Shown here in pieces: positions 12,901 through 27,000 of a stretch of 64,000 nucleotides of DNA; position 1 is the first letter of the stretch, and every line of letters starts with the position of its first letter. Below the pieces are notes generated by a model. That model searched no databases and had not been told where the DNA came from. It saw only the letters and a program-made list of their open reading frames with translations. Source of the DNA: Phyllobates terribilis (Eukaryota); NCBI RefSeq assembly GCF_046119375.1, contig NW_027362773.1:130758001-130822000 (forward strand), read 5' to 3'. The position numbers and the translations under genes were made by a program.

Positions 12901-15900
12901 TACCACTATGTAACAGTGACACTTAGCAAACTTTGGTTGCGCAACAGGTGTCACAACCAAAGACATCATGTAGCCACAGATTAAATGCTCCAAATTTAGA
13001 AAAAAAAAGTCCAGTTGTCTCAGGACACAATGCTTCTGTCCCTTTAGACACATCTATCCCACATTACAGCATCAGTAGGTACTATGACTAGCATTGCCAG
13101 TGGCACTGTTATGGGGGCACTGCAGAACGGTGTAGCACATTTGCAGCAACACACAACATCTACATGACCCTCTTTTCCGCATGATAAACCCGAACATCCC
13201 TAATGTTTGGCATGTAAGGTCATTGAAGGAAAAGTTTGAGAAGGTCCTGAATTATAACTGTGAACTGATGATTACAAGCTGCGATTGGTCAGATTTTTCA
13301 CTGAAAAACTGTTGAAAACAGAATGTGGTTGGCAGAACCCAACCTTAAAATCCTGATTACAAAACCATCTTATATTTATGGGGCAGGCAGACACACCTGG
13401 ACATCTGTTGTTCTCGAAGCTGATATCTCTTTCTGCCTCCATAGGATTCATAACATCAATAATACAATGTTAGTGATGCAAATGATGTTGCGATTAGTGT
13501 GAACACCGACGTAATGGCAGCGACAGATCTGGTTGTGTTATGTGCTGTCTCTCACCTGTTAAAGCGAATACGTACTAGCTCCTGATGCGTAATTCCCAAT
13601 TGAATACCAATGTTCATCCAATCTGTTCCTATCTGATTGGCGATGCTGAGTAGGTTGGTTTCGGTCAGATAACCCATCTCAGGATTGCCTATATTCAAGG
13701 GGGGCAGTGAATGGTTGCTTCTTTGCCTGTCATTTTCTCCAGTTGGGTCTTTCATTTTCTGGTAGGGAAAATAGGAGGAAAAATGTTAGAAATATTATGT
13801 GCACATTGTTCTTGTAAAGTAAAGTAACTTTTTTTTTGTCTGTCCACATTGCAAGACGACTTGTACTTTTGAATGACCCCGTTCATCTTATCAAGTGATG
13901 CACTGAAAAGCGGAAAAAAAATTCCAAGTGTATTGAAATTGCAAGAAAAAAGATGCAATTCCACAATTCTTTTGTTTTTTTTTATTTGCCATGTGAGGGC
14001 TTATTTATTGCGCCCTGAGCTGACATTTTTATTGATACGATTTTCGATCGCCTCTTATTGCAATGCTGTGGAGGCCAAAAAAATTTATTCTGGTGTTTCA
14101 ATTTTTTTTCTCCTTTCGCCGTTTACCGGTCAGATTAATTTACTTTAGATTTTAATAGATAGGACTTTTACGAATGCAGTGATATCAAATAAGTTTTTTT
14201 TTATTATCTTTTTAACTGTTTTATTTTTATAAGGGGGGTGATTTGAATCGGCAAAGCTATAGAAATGGAACAGATAATGCACTCACCAACAGTGTTGCTT
14301 GATAATAGTCCTGTTTATTTGGGATTACACATGCGGAGTGGTGGTGCAGGTTTTGGGGTGCGGGGGTAAGAGGACAATGGCCGTTTCGCGCGAGTCCTGC
14401 TCTTCAACGGGTCCACTACGATGGGGTGATTTGAACTTTTTTATTTATAAATTTTTTACTGTATTTAATAGTCCCTTTAGGGGACTTGAAGCTGTGATTG
14501 TCTGATCACTTGTACTTTACATAGCGGTGCTTCATCACTGCTGTGTATAGCATAAATCACTATCTCCTATGAATACCAGCTAAACGCTGGGTTTCCCAGG
14601 AGAATCGTCATAACAAGCAAGGGGGTCTTCAGCAGACCCTCAGCTGTCATGACAAGCCATCAGCACACCATGACCACGTCACAAGCGGGCCGATGGGCCA
14701 GTGGAATGACTAACCCCTGTGCTGACAGGTGTTAAATGCCGTGGTCAAAGACTTACAGCAGCATTTAATAGGTTAACAGTCGAGGGCGGAGCTCTGGTCT
14801 ACCTGCGCCTGTTAAAGGCACATGATGGCTGATTAAATCAGCCATCATCTGCAGTGAAAGATGCACTACTCAGTCAAAAAAGGAGCCAGCAAGGTTGAAT
14901 AAAGGGAACCTTTCATATGATTCCTGCTGGCACGATCATGGACAACATATATCAGGGTCAGGTTCTCTCATTGCAAAAAAATTGTAAACAGGAACTAGGA
15001 AGGAAGAGACTATTTATCGGGGTGGGTCCTAGCTGCATTCCCACTTCCCGCTCAGCTAGATTGACAGGTCTTCTTTATACAGAGAGAGACCTGTCAATCA
15101 AGCAGAGCTGGGTGGGGACAAGCTGTTGGGATCCTGCCCCAGTGACTAGTCTCCTCTCTCCCGGCTCTTGTATAAAGTACATTTTCTCTGTAAAACATAC
15201 AGTAGATTTCTGCAATTACAGAGCCTGCCCCTGATTTATGCTGCCCGTGGTTGGGGCTGCATGAATGACAGGTTCATGTAAAAGATTCAGTAGAGACATT
15301 TTTTATGTTTTTTTTGTAAAATATCTTACAGGCAGTTTGATAGGTAATGTCGCCATCCAATCAGATCGGGAGCCCTTCCTGTGTTTAGGGACTTCTTCAG
15401 GAAGACCCTCCGGGACTGACCCCCGGTAAAAGGAAACCTGTCAAAGAAAAAGATCAGCACAAAATAAAGCACAGATTAGAGTGATTATCATTTAAAAAAT
15501 GTTTTTATATAAATAATGGATGCAAAATGCTGCTGATCAGTGGGGGTCTGGGTCTTGGCCACCCCACTGATTGCTGAAAACATCGTTCTGAAGTATATAG
15601 GCTCCATACTAGTAAATCTATGTGTCCGTACACTGCACCCATGAGAGCGGGGGAGAGAAAAGAATAACAGATAATGGCTCCTGCACCCAAATTTTCCACG
15701 CAAAACTGGCCATACACAGAGAATCTAATGTGTGGTAGAAAGATCAGACATGTTGGAGTGAAATATGTCCGACCTTTATTTCCACTGGTAGATTTGTCTA
15801 TTATTTCCCTCTTCCTATTGAAATAATCATGCAGCGATTGTACATGTTTATAGGGAGGTTGTGGAGATAGGTATGACCACCATGAAATATGTATGAAAAC

Positions 15901-18001
15901 CCAAGGAACATAAAATGATCGGCTGAACATATCGAGAATATCAGCCACATTCAATACAAGCTTAATCCAGATTATATGGATGTTCTCACCTGACCCTTGA
16001 CAGCCTTCTCTATCCTGTCAGCAGAAGACGTAACATAGACCTCCTTCATGTTTTTCATACGTGAGTAAAACACAAAACATATACGGCCATTTACGCAATC
16101 AGGACGCTCTGAAGGAAGGAAAAAAGCAAAACACAAACAATGACTAAAAATCTGCTCCACCATGTACAAATGTCAATATTAGGTGATTACATGGTTGTCA
16201 AATTCAGGCTATGTTCACACCATGCATGCATCCTATTATTGGCATATGTGCAGGAAAAGCTTCCAACATATGCATTGAATGAGCACCAGATACTTGACTG
16301 GGGTTATATGATTTTTGAAAGAAAAAAAAAAGAATAAATCAAACAAAATAAAATATATATATATACACACACATACAGTACAGACCAAAAGTTTGGACAC
16401 ACCTTCTCATTTAAGGATTTTTCTGTATTTTCATGACTTTGAAAATTGTACATTGACACTGAAGGAATCAAAACTATGAATTAACACATGTGGAATTATA
16501 TAGTTAACAAAAAAGTGTGAAACAACTGAAAATATGTCTTATATTCTAGGTTCTTCAAAGTAGCCACCTTTTGCTTTGATGACTGCTTTGCACACTCTTG
16601 GCATTCTCTTGATGAGCTTCAAGAGGTAGTCACCGGAAATGGTTTTCACTTCACAGGTGTGCCCTGTCAGGTTTAATAAGTGGGATTTCTTGCCTTATAA
16701 ATGGGGTTGGGACCATCAGTTGTGTTGTGCAGAAGTCAGGTGGATATACAGCTGGTAGTCCTACTGAATAGACTGTTAGAATTTGTATTATGGCAAGAAA
16801 AAAGCAGCTAAGTAAAGAAAAACGAGTGGCCATCGTTACTTTAAGAAATGATGGTCAGTCAGTCTGAAAAATTGGGCAAACTTTGAAAGTGTCCCCAGTG
16901 CAGTTGCAAAAACCATCAAGAACTACAAAGAAACTGGCCCACATGAGGACCGCCCCAGGAAAGGAAGACCAAGAGTCACCTCTGCTTCTGAGGATACGTT
17001 TATCTGAGTAACCAGCCTCAGAAATAGCAGGTTAACAGCAGCTCAGATTAGAGACCAGGTCAATGCTACACAGAGTTCTAGCAGCAGACACATCTCTACA
17101 ACAACTGTTAAGAGGAGACTTTGTGCAGCAGGCCTTCATGGTAAAATAGCTGCTAGGAAACCACTGCTAAGGACAGGCAACAAGCAGAAGAGGCTTGTTT
17201 GGGCTAAAGAAAACAAGGAATGGACATTAGACCAGTGGAAATTTGTGCTTTGGTCTGATGAGTCCAAATATGAGATCTTTGGTTCCAACCACCGTGTCTT
17301 TGTGCGACGCAGAAAAGTTGAACGGATGGACTCTACATGCCTGGTTCCCACCGTGAAGCATGGAGGAGGAGGTGTGATGGTGTGGGGGTGCTTTGCTGGT
17401 GACACTGTTGGGGATTTATTCTAAATTGAAGGCATACTGAACCAGCATGGCTACCACAGCATCTTGCAGCGGCATGCTATTCCATCCGGTTTGCGTTTAG
17501 TTGGACCATCATTTATTTTTCAACAGGACAATGACCCCAAACACACCTCCAGGCTGTGTAAGGGCTATTTGACCAAGAAGGAGAGTGATGGGGTGCAACG
17601 CCAGATGACCTGGCCTCCACAGTCACCAGACCTGAACTCAATCGAGATGGTTTGGGGTGAGCTGGACCGCGGAGTGAAGGCAAAAGGGCCAACAAGTGCT
17701 AAGCATCTCTGGGAACTCCTTCAAGATTGTTGGAAGACCATTTCCGGTGACTACCTCTTGAAGCTCATCAAGAGAATGCCAAGAGTGTGCAAAGCAGTCA
17801 TCAAAGCAAAAGGTGGCTACTTTGAATAACCTAGAATATAAGACATATTTTCAGTTGTTTCACACTTTTCTGTTAAGTATATAATTCCACATGTGTTAAT
17901 TCATAGTTCTGATACCTTCAGTGTGAATGTACAATTTTCATAGTCATGAAAATACAGAAATATCTTTAAATGAGAAGGTGTGTCCAAACTTTTGGTCTGT
18001 A

Positions 18002-18059
<58 letters not shown>

Positions 18060-21000
18060 TATATGCACACTATACCTGAATACAGCTTTAGGCCTTGCTC
18101 AAATGTTGCAAAGAACTGTTCCCCTTCCACAAGTTCCACCAGGTCGGACGGCTCCGGGCCCTTATATCTGTCCTGCAGTCTTTTAACTGTTGAGTCCACC
18201 TAAGTGACAAAGAAAAACTTCTTAAGCGCCAAGAGAAGATAGTTATATTTCCTCTGAAATATCTACCATTCCAACTTTTCCCAAAAAATTAAAGTTGCAA
18301 CCAATCTCCATTTCACAATCTGCATGCACTGTAGAATTAATAACATTCATGAAGATTTTTTTTTTTATCTTCCTGTAGCGACCAGTTATTTGTGTCTGAT
18401 TGTGCAGTAGCCACTCACTCTTCCACTCGTCTGTTCTGGATGACTAGTAAACTATGTAGCTATATGGACTGACGTGTTAGTAAAATGTTGTGTGTTGCAC
18501 AGTATTAAAGGGGAACTGTAACCAGGTAAAAAAGTGGCCAGTTTTTGCTTTTATTTTATCCCCACTGTTCCCCGGAGTATTCCAATTTAGTTTTTTTCGA
18601 AATCCGCCATACGGTTCCAGAGATATGGACCTTTTTACTTAGTGCTAATTTTTATGGTCTTTACGAAGGGGGCGTGGCTTAGAGAAAATCCTGTGAGCCA
18701 CACCTCCATGGGAAAGACCATAAAAGGTAGTACTAAATAAAAAGGCCCACATCTCTGGAACCCTATGGTGGATTTCAAAAAAACAAAAATCGGAATACTC
18801 AGGGGAACAGTGGGAATAAAATAAAAGCAAAAACTGGCCACTTTTAATTTGGAGACAGGTCTCCTTTAAGCTGGCTATACACATCAGATAGCTGTCTGCT
18901 GAAAAAATTCTCAGCTGACAGCTATGTCTCCTGACTCCTGCATAGATATGAGAGCATGGCCGTTCATATATTTACGACGAATAGAGAGGAGAAAGCAGCT
19001 ATCAGACACTTATGTCCCCTGAAAACAAAAGTATCGGGCGTTGAAAGTCCAGCTTCCTGATCTTTCCGACATCATCTGTTGGGGGAGATTCAGGAGGCTC
19101 CCATACACATCAGATGGTCGTCTGATTTTGAAGATGTCAATAGGTTTGGACAACTTTCATCTACTGTGTTTGGGGGTATTTAGACTTTCAAGCAACGAGC
19201 AAGACAGGGAGGATATTGCAAGAGGAAATATTGAAAGTTTTGTATTAAGAGGAAACCTACGGAGACCTTGTGTAGCAAGCGGAAAGAAAGAGAGTTATGG
19301 CTGCCAGAGGATCGGTATGATGCCCAGAGCCACTCAGGAGTGTCCCTGTATGGTTATATGGATATTTTACCCAATGGTGATACTGTAGCCTTATAAGACA
19401 CATATATATATAAGGCTCCCATACACCATGTTGGCCGAACTTACCAATATAGAGGTGTTCGTCTGACTGTCTAATGTGTATGGGGACCCCGACAGATAAT
19501 CGTCGGGGGAGAGAAGGATCCGATATGTCCGATTTCAAACTACCAATTCTTTTGTTCTCCAAGAGCTAGGCAGAGATTTCTGGCAGCGGCTCTTTCATAG
19601 AGCATTCAGCTACGAGCACTCCTGTGTATAGAGGAAACGGGAGAGATCGCTCCTGGCCAAACCATCGGCTACACCATCATTAGGCTGACAGCTACCTAAG
19701 GCGTCCCATGATGAGACTGAATTTTGGTAATAAAACTAAAACAAACACCATCTAGTAAACTTATCATTCAAGGTAAAATTTTGCAACACAAAGCTCCTTA
19801 GGGCCCTAAAAGAATTTGAGGGAGTTTACAATCATGGTCTATTGATAAATAAACTGTGGGGGTCAGACCTTGATCAGCAAACTTAAGGGGATGCAATGGG
19901 GGCTTAATCTGTTTGTATGTGCCTGGCCAATCTCACATTTATGGGGCGGGAATGCAGTATCAAGAACATCAGCAAAAGCCAGACGCATAGTGGTGCCAGG
20001 ATACTCACAGAAGAGGCCGCAGTGCCCGCAGGAGCGCCACCGCCTTGTTGTTCTGATCTCTAGGGGTCTTGGAAGTTGGGTGACCAATAATCATTCAATG
20101 ATGGCTCATAGATTAACCATCAAAATATATTCTCAGAAGTGTAGAATATTCTTATTTATCCACACAAAGGAATTTAGTACAAAGTAACACAAAAATCCCA
20201 TACAGAAAAAAAACCATGCAGATAACCGCACATGCTATTACCTAGCTGGAAAAAGATGGATTTTTCACCCGAGCTGTTGTGATGCTCTCAACGTCTGTCT
20301 GAAGTACAATGTGCATAAGTCAGCCGACATTTACATTATACTGTCTTATATTTTATCATTTAAAATGCTCCAGGACACAATTGCTTTTTTTTGTCCTGAA
20401 GCGTCTGTTCTTTCCTGAGCGCTTGCTTCAGCATTTCTTGACCACAAAAAGCAAATCCACAATAAGAATTAAAATTCCTCCAAAATTCAAGAAAAAAATA
20501 CAGCAAAAAAGCAGTAGTATTTACCTGCTCAGTTCTTCAGACCTAATGCACTTCCAGGATGCAGCAAGCCCATATAACAATGATGGCGGCTATATAGGTG
20601 CAAAATACTGATGAGACAATCACTCACAACCTACCAGTTCATGAAGGGGGTGACTGCTTAGTATTAGAATTGCACACAAAGTGGCTTGTATAGGGCGCTG
20701 TTCACACATGGGTAGTGCACAGTATCCCGAGCAGGTAAATACTACTGCTTTTTTTGCTGTGTTTTTTTCTTGAATTTGGGGGGGGAATTTTAATTCTTCT
20801 TATTGTGGCTTTTTGTGTTTAGCGTAGGGACTCATAAGCATGAGGACCCTTGACGTGGGTTACGAGCTTGCGTATTTTGGCCAAAATATTGACTAATACC
20901 TCGTATATTAAATATATATGCATTTTTACACTTTTTTATTCCAGGGTGCAGCCAAGCCCACCAGTGCTGGCATTGTAAACTAGGGTGTCTGTTCTCATGG

Positions 21001-24000
21001 CGTGCACTCAGATAGTACCGGGCATCCCAGCTAATCTAATAGTATGGGCGTAACTAATAGGCTGTAAGCCGCATACTGTGCACTACCCATGTGTGAACAG
21101 CGCCCTATACAAGCCTTTTTGTGCGCAATCCTAAAACTAAGCAATCACCCCCTCCATGAAATGGTAGGTTGTGAGTGATAGTCTCATCATTATTTTGCAC
21201 CTGTATAGCCGCCATCTTTGTTACATGGGCTTGCTGCATCCTGGTAGTGCATTAAGTCTGAAGAACTGAGCAGGTAAATACTACTGCTATCATTTTTGAC
21301 CACCAGCTATTTTTCCTTACTTTTTCTGGTCACTTTTTTTCTCCATTCAACAATGAAGAAACCGCCACTGATGTCTGAAGCGACAATGCTGGGAAAACGA
21401 TGTCTGGGTGTCTTACAGGTGTCTTTTGAGCCTTCCCATTGCCTTGTACTGTAAAGTATAGAGTGTCTTCAGAGCAGAAGGCGCGGGACAGTGTGAGGGA
21501 GTCTTTATTCAAATAAAAGTGTTTTTTTCTTCTGTGTGTGTTTTTATTTTTGATTACTGGGTTAGTAATGGGGGTGTCTGATAGACCCCTCTCCATTACT
21601 AACCACAGGGTTTGATGCCAGCTGTTAAATGTTTACAAATCACATCCGTCATCAACCCCAAATAGCATTATCCCGATTGCCTTGGTGTGGTGGCAATCGG
21701 GATAATGGTATTTGGGGTTGATGACGGCTGTGATTTTGTCAAAAATAAGAGCCAGAATTGGAGAATCTAATATGCGATGCACCACTTCTGCGGCAGCTGT
21801 GGGCTGATATTTTTAGTTTGGGAAGGGTCCAATAACCAGGGACCTTCCCAGCCTGATAATATAAGTTCACAGCTGTCTGCTTTACCTTTGCTGGTTATCA
21901 AAAATAGGGGGGAACCCAAGTCTTTTTTTTTTCATTTATTTATTAGCTAAACACATGTACAGTAAGTTAAGTTATACAACTCACGAATATCTATCTATCT
22001 CTATCTCTGCACACCTAACAACTAAACATCTGTCATGTCTATTCTGTATTCTATTCCAGTATGTGTCACACGGATGGTGCACATGGATGGCACAATGCAG
22101 ATTCTAGATTCTATTCCAGTATGTGTCACACGGATGGTGCACATGGATGGCACAATGCAGATTCTAGATTCTATTCCAGTATGTGTCACACGGATGGTGC
22201 ACATGGATGGCACACAATGACATACGAACACATGGACACACAGACACGGATAGCACCGGTACTGTTTTTCTTCCAGGACCGGAAATATCAGGATGTGTGA
22301 AAGAGGCCTAATAGAGTACCTTGTGCTTAGGGACACATTGCAGTAGCACCTGCTCTGGATCACGTTTCCTCTGCAAAGCAACAAAATTGACCTGGTACAT
22401 ACGTAGCCGCTTGTATACATTCTTGGCCAGCTCACCCACATATGACTTTGTGGTATACCATAGCCAGTACCTTTAAAAAAAAAAGATACTTTAAGTAATA
22501 TAAAACAGCCCTTATCTATAAGGAGTGATTTCATGGCAGGCATTTCAGATATGTATAGCACAAGGTATTATGAGAACATAAAGTGTGCCGCCATATGACG
22601 TCTCTCCGAAGCATCATTGTTCCCGAGAGCATTGCTTTTAGTTTTCTAATTTTATGTACTGAAGCATGATACCCATTTTTTTTTTTTTTTAAAGTCAGAG
22701 GTACTGTAAGAAACCGTATCATTCTCTGGGCGCCCTATGCATAAGGCCAAAAATAGTGTGTAAAATACACTGGGCAAGAGTTACTATTACTACTGTGGCA
22801 GAATTCAGGTTAGACAGCTATAGTAAATCTGCCCCAATGTAGCAGAACATAAAAACATGTAGAATACACACTAAAAAAGTAAAAGGCGTCTGTCTATTAT
22901 AGGAAATAGTCAAGAAAAAGATCTACTAAACAAAAACATGGCTTTTAATAATAAGGACTCACCATGAAAAGTGATCCACCTGGAAGTGGGCATAAATATG
23001 AGTGGTTTGCAACGCAACCTGGTTGGTGATGTCAGTCCAGGTCTGTGCCCGCGGATCGCCATGCAGAAGAAACAGATGGGAACGATCCAATGTGTCACCT
23101 GCGAAGAACAAAAAAAAAAAAAGTGCTGATATTGGACCCAAACATGGACCCAAAGATGACGGCCAGAGCAGGACTAGTATAGTATCTGACCTGTCACACC
23201 AGGAGGGAGCGGCAACTGGATCTTGACAGGACTCAGAAAGTTGGCTGCTGAACTTTGTGAAAGACATAAGAGAGGACTAGTGGAGGACTCTGAGTCTCCA
23301 GTTATCTTCTCCACCATTCGTTTGGAGATTGGTAAAACCTAAAAAAAGTGAGTAAGTTAGAAAAAAAAAAAAGGAATGGAAATTAGAGAACCAGGTTTAA
23401 TTACATCATCAGGTTCGGCTGTAGTCACTTCACATTAAATTCTAACTGCCCTTTCAGATAACTACTTTTCAGAATAAGCCGTCATGTGTTTGTCTGAGGA
23501 GTAACACTACTTCTAGCCATTATATGACTTGTATCCTGCATTTTTAGCAGTCTTTCTCACTGCACACAAAGCCCCAGCACCATCTCCATCAGCTTTTATA
23601 GCAGCAAGTGTAATCTGATCGGTACTGAAGACAGATCTGCAGACAGATTAGAGCTGTTTTTCAGTGCAGGGAGAAAAAAAAGATTTAAAGGGAATCTATC
23701 ACAAAGTGTTTGCTATGTAATCTAAGAGCAGCATAATGTAGGGGCAGAAAACCTGATTCCAGTGATGTTTCACTTACTGGGCTGCTTGCTACAGATTTGA
23801 TACAATCACTATTTTTTTCAGCTGCAAATCTAGCAGTGCTTGGAATGCTGAGTTCTGTATAACCCCGCCGACATCACTGATTGGCAGCTTTCTGTGTACA
23901 CTGTCAGCAAGCTGCCAATCAGTGGTGGGGGCGGGGTTACACAGATTAGCTGGACTGGCCTGCACGTGAGACCTAGTCCTGTAGAGTTTTCTCCTGCTGA

Positions 24001-27000
24001 TAAAACACAGATTGAACCGAAATTATAGCACACAGCCTAGTAAGTGACACGTCCCTGGAATCAGGCTCTATTGCCCTATATTATGCTGCTTTCATATTAC
24101 AGAGCAAAAACCTGCTGACAGATTCCCTTTAATAAGAAAGGTAGAGGCATTTGTCTCTAATAAGATATACAACAAAGTTTCTTAATTTCACACTGTACTA
24201 ATGATTTATGTGGAAAACAAATTGTAGTTACTGACCTGCATGCGCACTGTTCGAGTCTCTGCAGTTGCACCAGGAGGAAACTCAACCCGGATGTTTTGGT
24301 CCACACTAGAGAACAGGAGCTCCCCCTCTTTTGGAACCTTACGGCAATCTTCAACTAAACGTGACACCACAAGGAACCAGGAGAAGTGAGTGGTCTTACA
24401 AGAGGCCAGCGTCTATGTTAGTAAAGAAAGGAACAAGTCAGTGTTGTCCCATTAAAGTCAGGTTCAGACGAGGGTATGCAAAAAACGTCCATTTGTCATC
24501 CAGAAAAAACTGATGATTTTTCATCCGCATTGTCATCCACATGCTATCCGTGTGCCGTTTTTTACATGAACAATTTGATAAATAATAAGGGTCAAATCCA
24601 GTTTCCTATCTTTATAATTGCAACGGATCCATGAAAAATGCATGACGTATGGATGCTACCCAGTATGGGATGTGTTTTTTTTCTGCACCCATTGACTAAT
24701 AGGCAAATCTCATCTGATATACAGATCAAAGAAGAGCATGCTGCGATTTTATACACTACGGATAGCATACGGATGTTTAATACATTCGTCTGTACCAGCC
24801 CAAAGTCACACTGACTGACAGCTGGCTCAGCGCTGATATGCTGCAGAGCGTGATGTCAGTCAGTGGCGGGGCACAGTTACAGTCGCCGCTGACTATGTAG
24901 TGAGCAGGGACTGAAGCCACACTGGCCACACCTCTATGACTGAAAGCCGGAGCTGCCAGCTTTCAGTTATAGAGGCGCTACTGGTGCGGCAACCGCATGG
25001 CTTTAGAACGCTAATAACCTGCAGATTAACCCCATATCTGCAGGGTAAGATTGTTTTTTTACATGACAGATTCCCTTTCATTTCTGTTCTAATATTGCTG
25101 GTGCTGACATTATAATTCCCACCTCATGCACTGACTTCTCCTTTGTTGTGGTGCTCAGGTCCATCCATGATCCAGAACAGTCACTAAAAGTCCTGATGAC
25201 CACCTCACGCTTTGGCACAGGCTTCAGGAAGGCAAATGGGATGCTGATTTCTACATCCTAAGATAAAATGAAGAAAGCTTCTATAAATGTACAATATGTA
25301 AACTTATTAAGATCAGCACATCCTCCAAATAACTGTATAAAACTAGGTGAGCCACACCTTAATACCAATGGAAATAAATGACATACAAACTTTAATTGTC
25401 CACTAGGAAGTTTCATTTATAGGGGCTGGCATCAAGAGTAACTAAACCCCTGCCACTCTTTTTTATATTTTTGTATCATTCTAATTGCAAGGAAATCAGT
25501 GGAGGTCCGGTTTCAAAGACCCCCACCAATCATCAAAAAAAAATACAGCTCCTGTCTAAGAGCGCATACATAACAGAGTACAGACACAACAGAAAGCCTA
25601 CAACAGCAAGCCTATGCTTTTCCATTGAATCGTACTCCCTTCTGAGTGCATGCTCAGGGGAATTTTCGATCACTCGGTGGACGATCCAGGAGCCGGACCC
25701 CCACTGATCTGCTTGCAATTAAAATGATGAAATAAAAATATAAAAAAAGGAGACAAAAGTTTAGTTACTCTTTAACCTCTTGTGTTAGTCATTTTTTGAT
25801 TTTTTTATCTCCACATTCCAAAAACCATAGCTTTTTTATTTTTATCTCAGGTTAATTATATAAGTACTTGTTTTTTGCAAGATAAGTTGTATTTTGATTG
25901 CATCATTTTGGGTGTATTATACAGAATAGCTTTTATAATTTCTAGGAGGAAAAAAAACAGCAGTTAAGGCTTTATTTTGTAGGATTTTTTTACAGCGTTC
26001 ACTGTAGTGTCAATGACAAGTAAGAGAAGAGTAGGGGACATCAGAAATGGAGCAGTTAAATTTGAGACCAGAAAGCTGAAACCTTAGAAGACAACTACTA
26101 AAAGTGTAAGGCAGTGCCATAATCTGGGCGCCCAAGAAAGCAGAGGGTGACGACACTGGGTAACAGTGATGGACCCTAGTGGGAACCAGATAGGTCCCAT
26201 GATGGACAATTCAGCCAATGTAGCTTGGTGGATACATTCAGTAATTGTGGTGCCAACAGTGTAATGCCATATGGATGCCCAACGAAGCTTAGTAGGACCT
26301 GGAGGCTTCTTCATTGGTGCGTATAAATTAGAAACATGGCCATGGCCAATAAGTTCTGAAATAAAGTGGACGTCAGGAGGTCTTTCGTGAAAGAACATAC
26401 ATGCTGTATGGAATGCGTACCTTACCTGATGGAACTGGATGCCATGAGGCTGTAGCTCCAAGGTGCTACTGAGCAGCACATCATGGTGCCCAAGCCGCAC
26501 ATGTTGCAGGTCTGGTAGCAATACTTGGTAATGGATTCTTGTTGTGCAAGATACAGCTCCAGGAGGAAAATAAAGATGAAAACCATGTGGGAGGAATATC
26601 CAGCATCCATCTGGTGTGACACAAAAACTGAGAACATTTGGAAAAAAAAAAGGTTATTACAGGCAGCATAATTTCTGGCCTCTATAAACTATATATATTC
26701 AACCAGCATTGTAATGTCATGTCATGGTCGCGTTAGACCATAAAAGAACCACTTTTTATCTGATATAGGTAATCAAGAATATAAAACTGTTTTTTTAAAG
26801 GGGGATTACTGTTTCAGAAAGCCCCTGTCCCCTAGTAGGAGTTTATTTAAAAAAAAAAAAAAAAAATAGTTTCCACAGCGGATTCTTTGATGTGGCTCCC
26901 AGTGTCTGTTACTGTCTGCAGTGCTGACGTCATGTGGACAGCTCTGCAGCCAATCAGTTAGACAATCGGTTCTGTCTAAGTTGTGCTGCCGATGTGACAT

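Noticed and set aside
22048-22214. Regularly spaced identical repeats resembling a CRISPR array
   Set aside because: Head-to-tail units with no unique spacers, in a vertebrate intron, with no cas genes.
22022-22561. 179-aa minus-strand ORF
   Set aside because: An off-frame read through PIDD1 exon 11 and the 60-bp VNTR.
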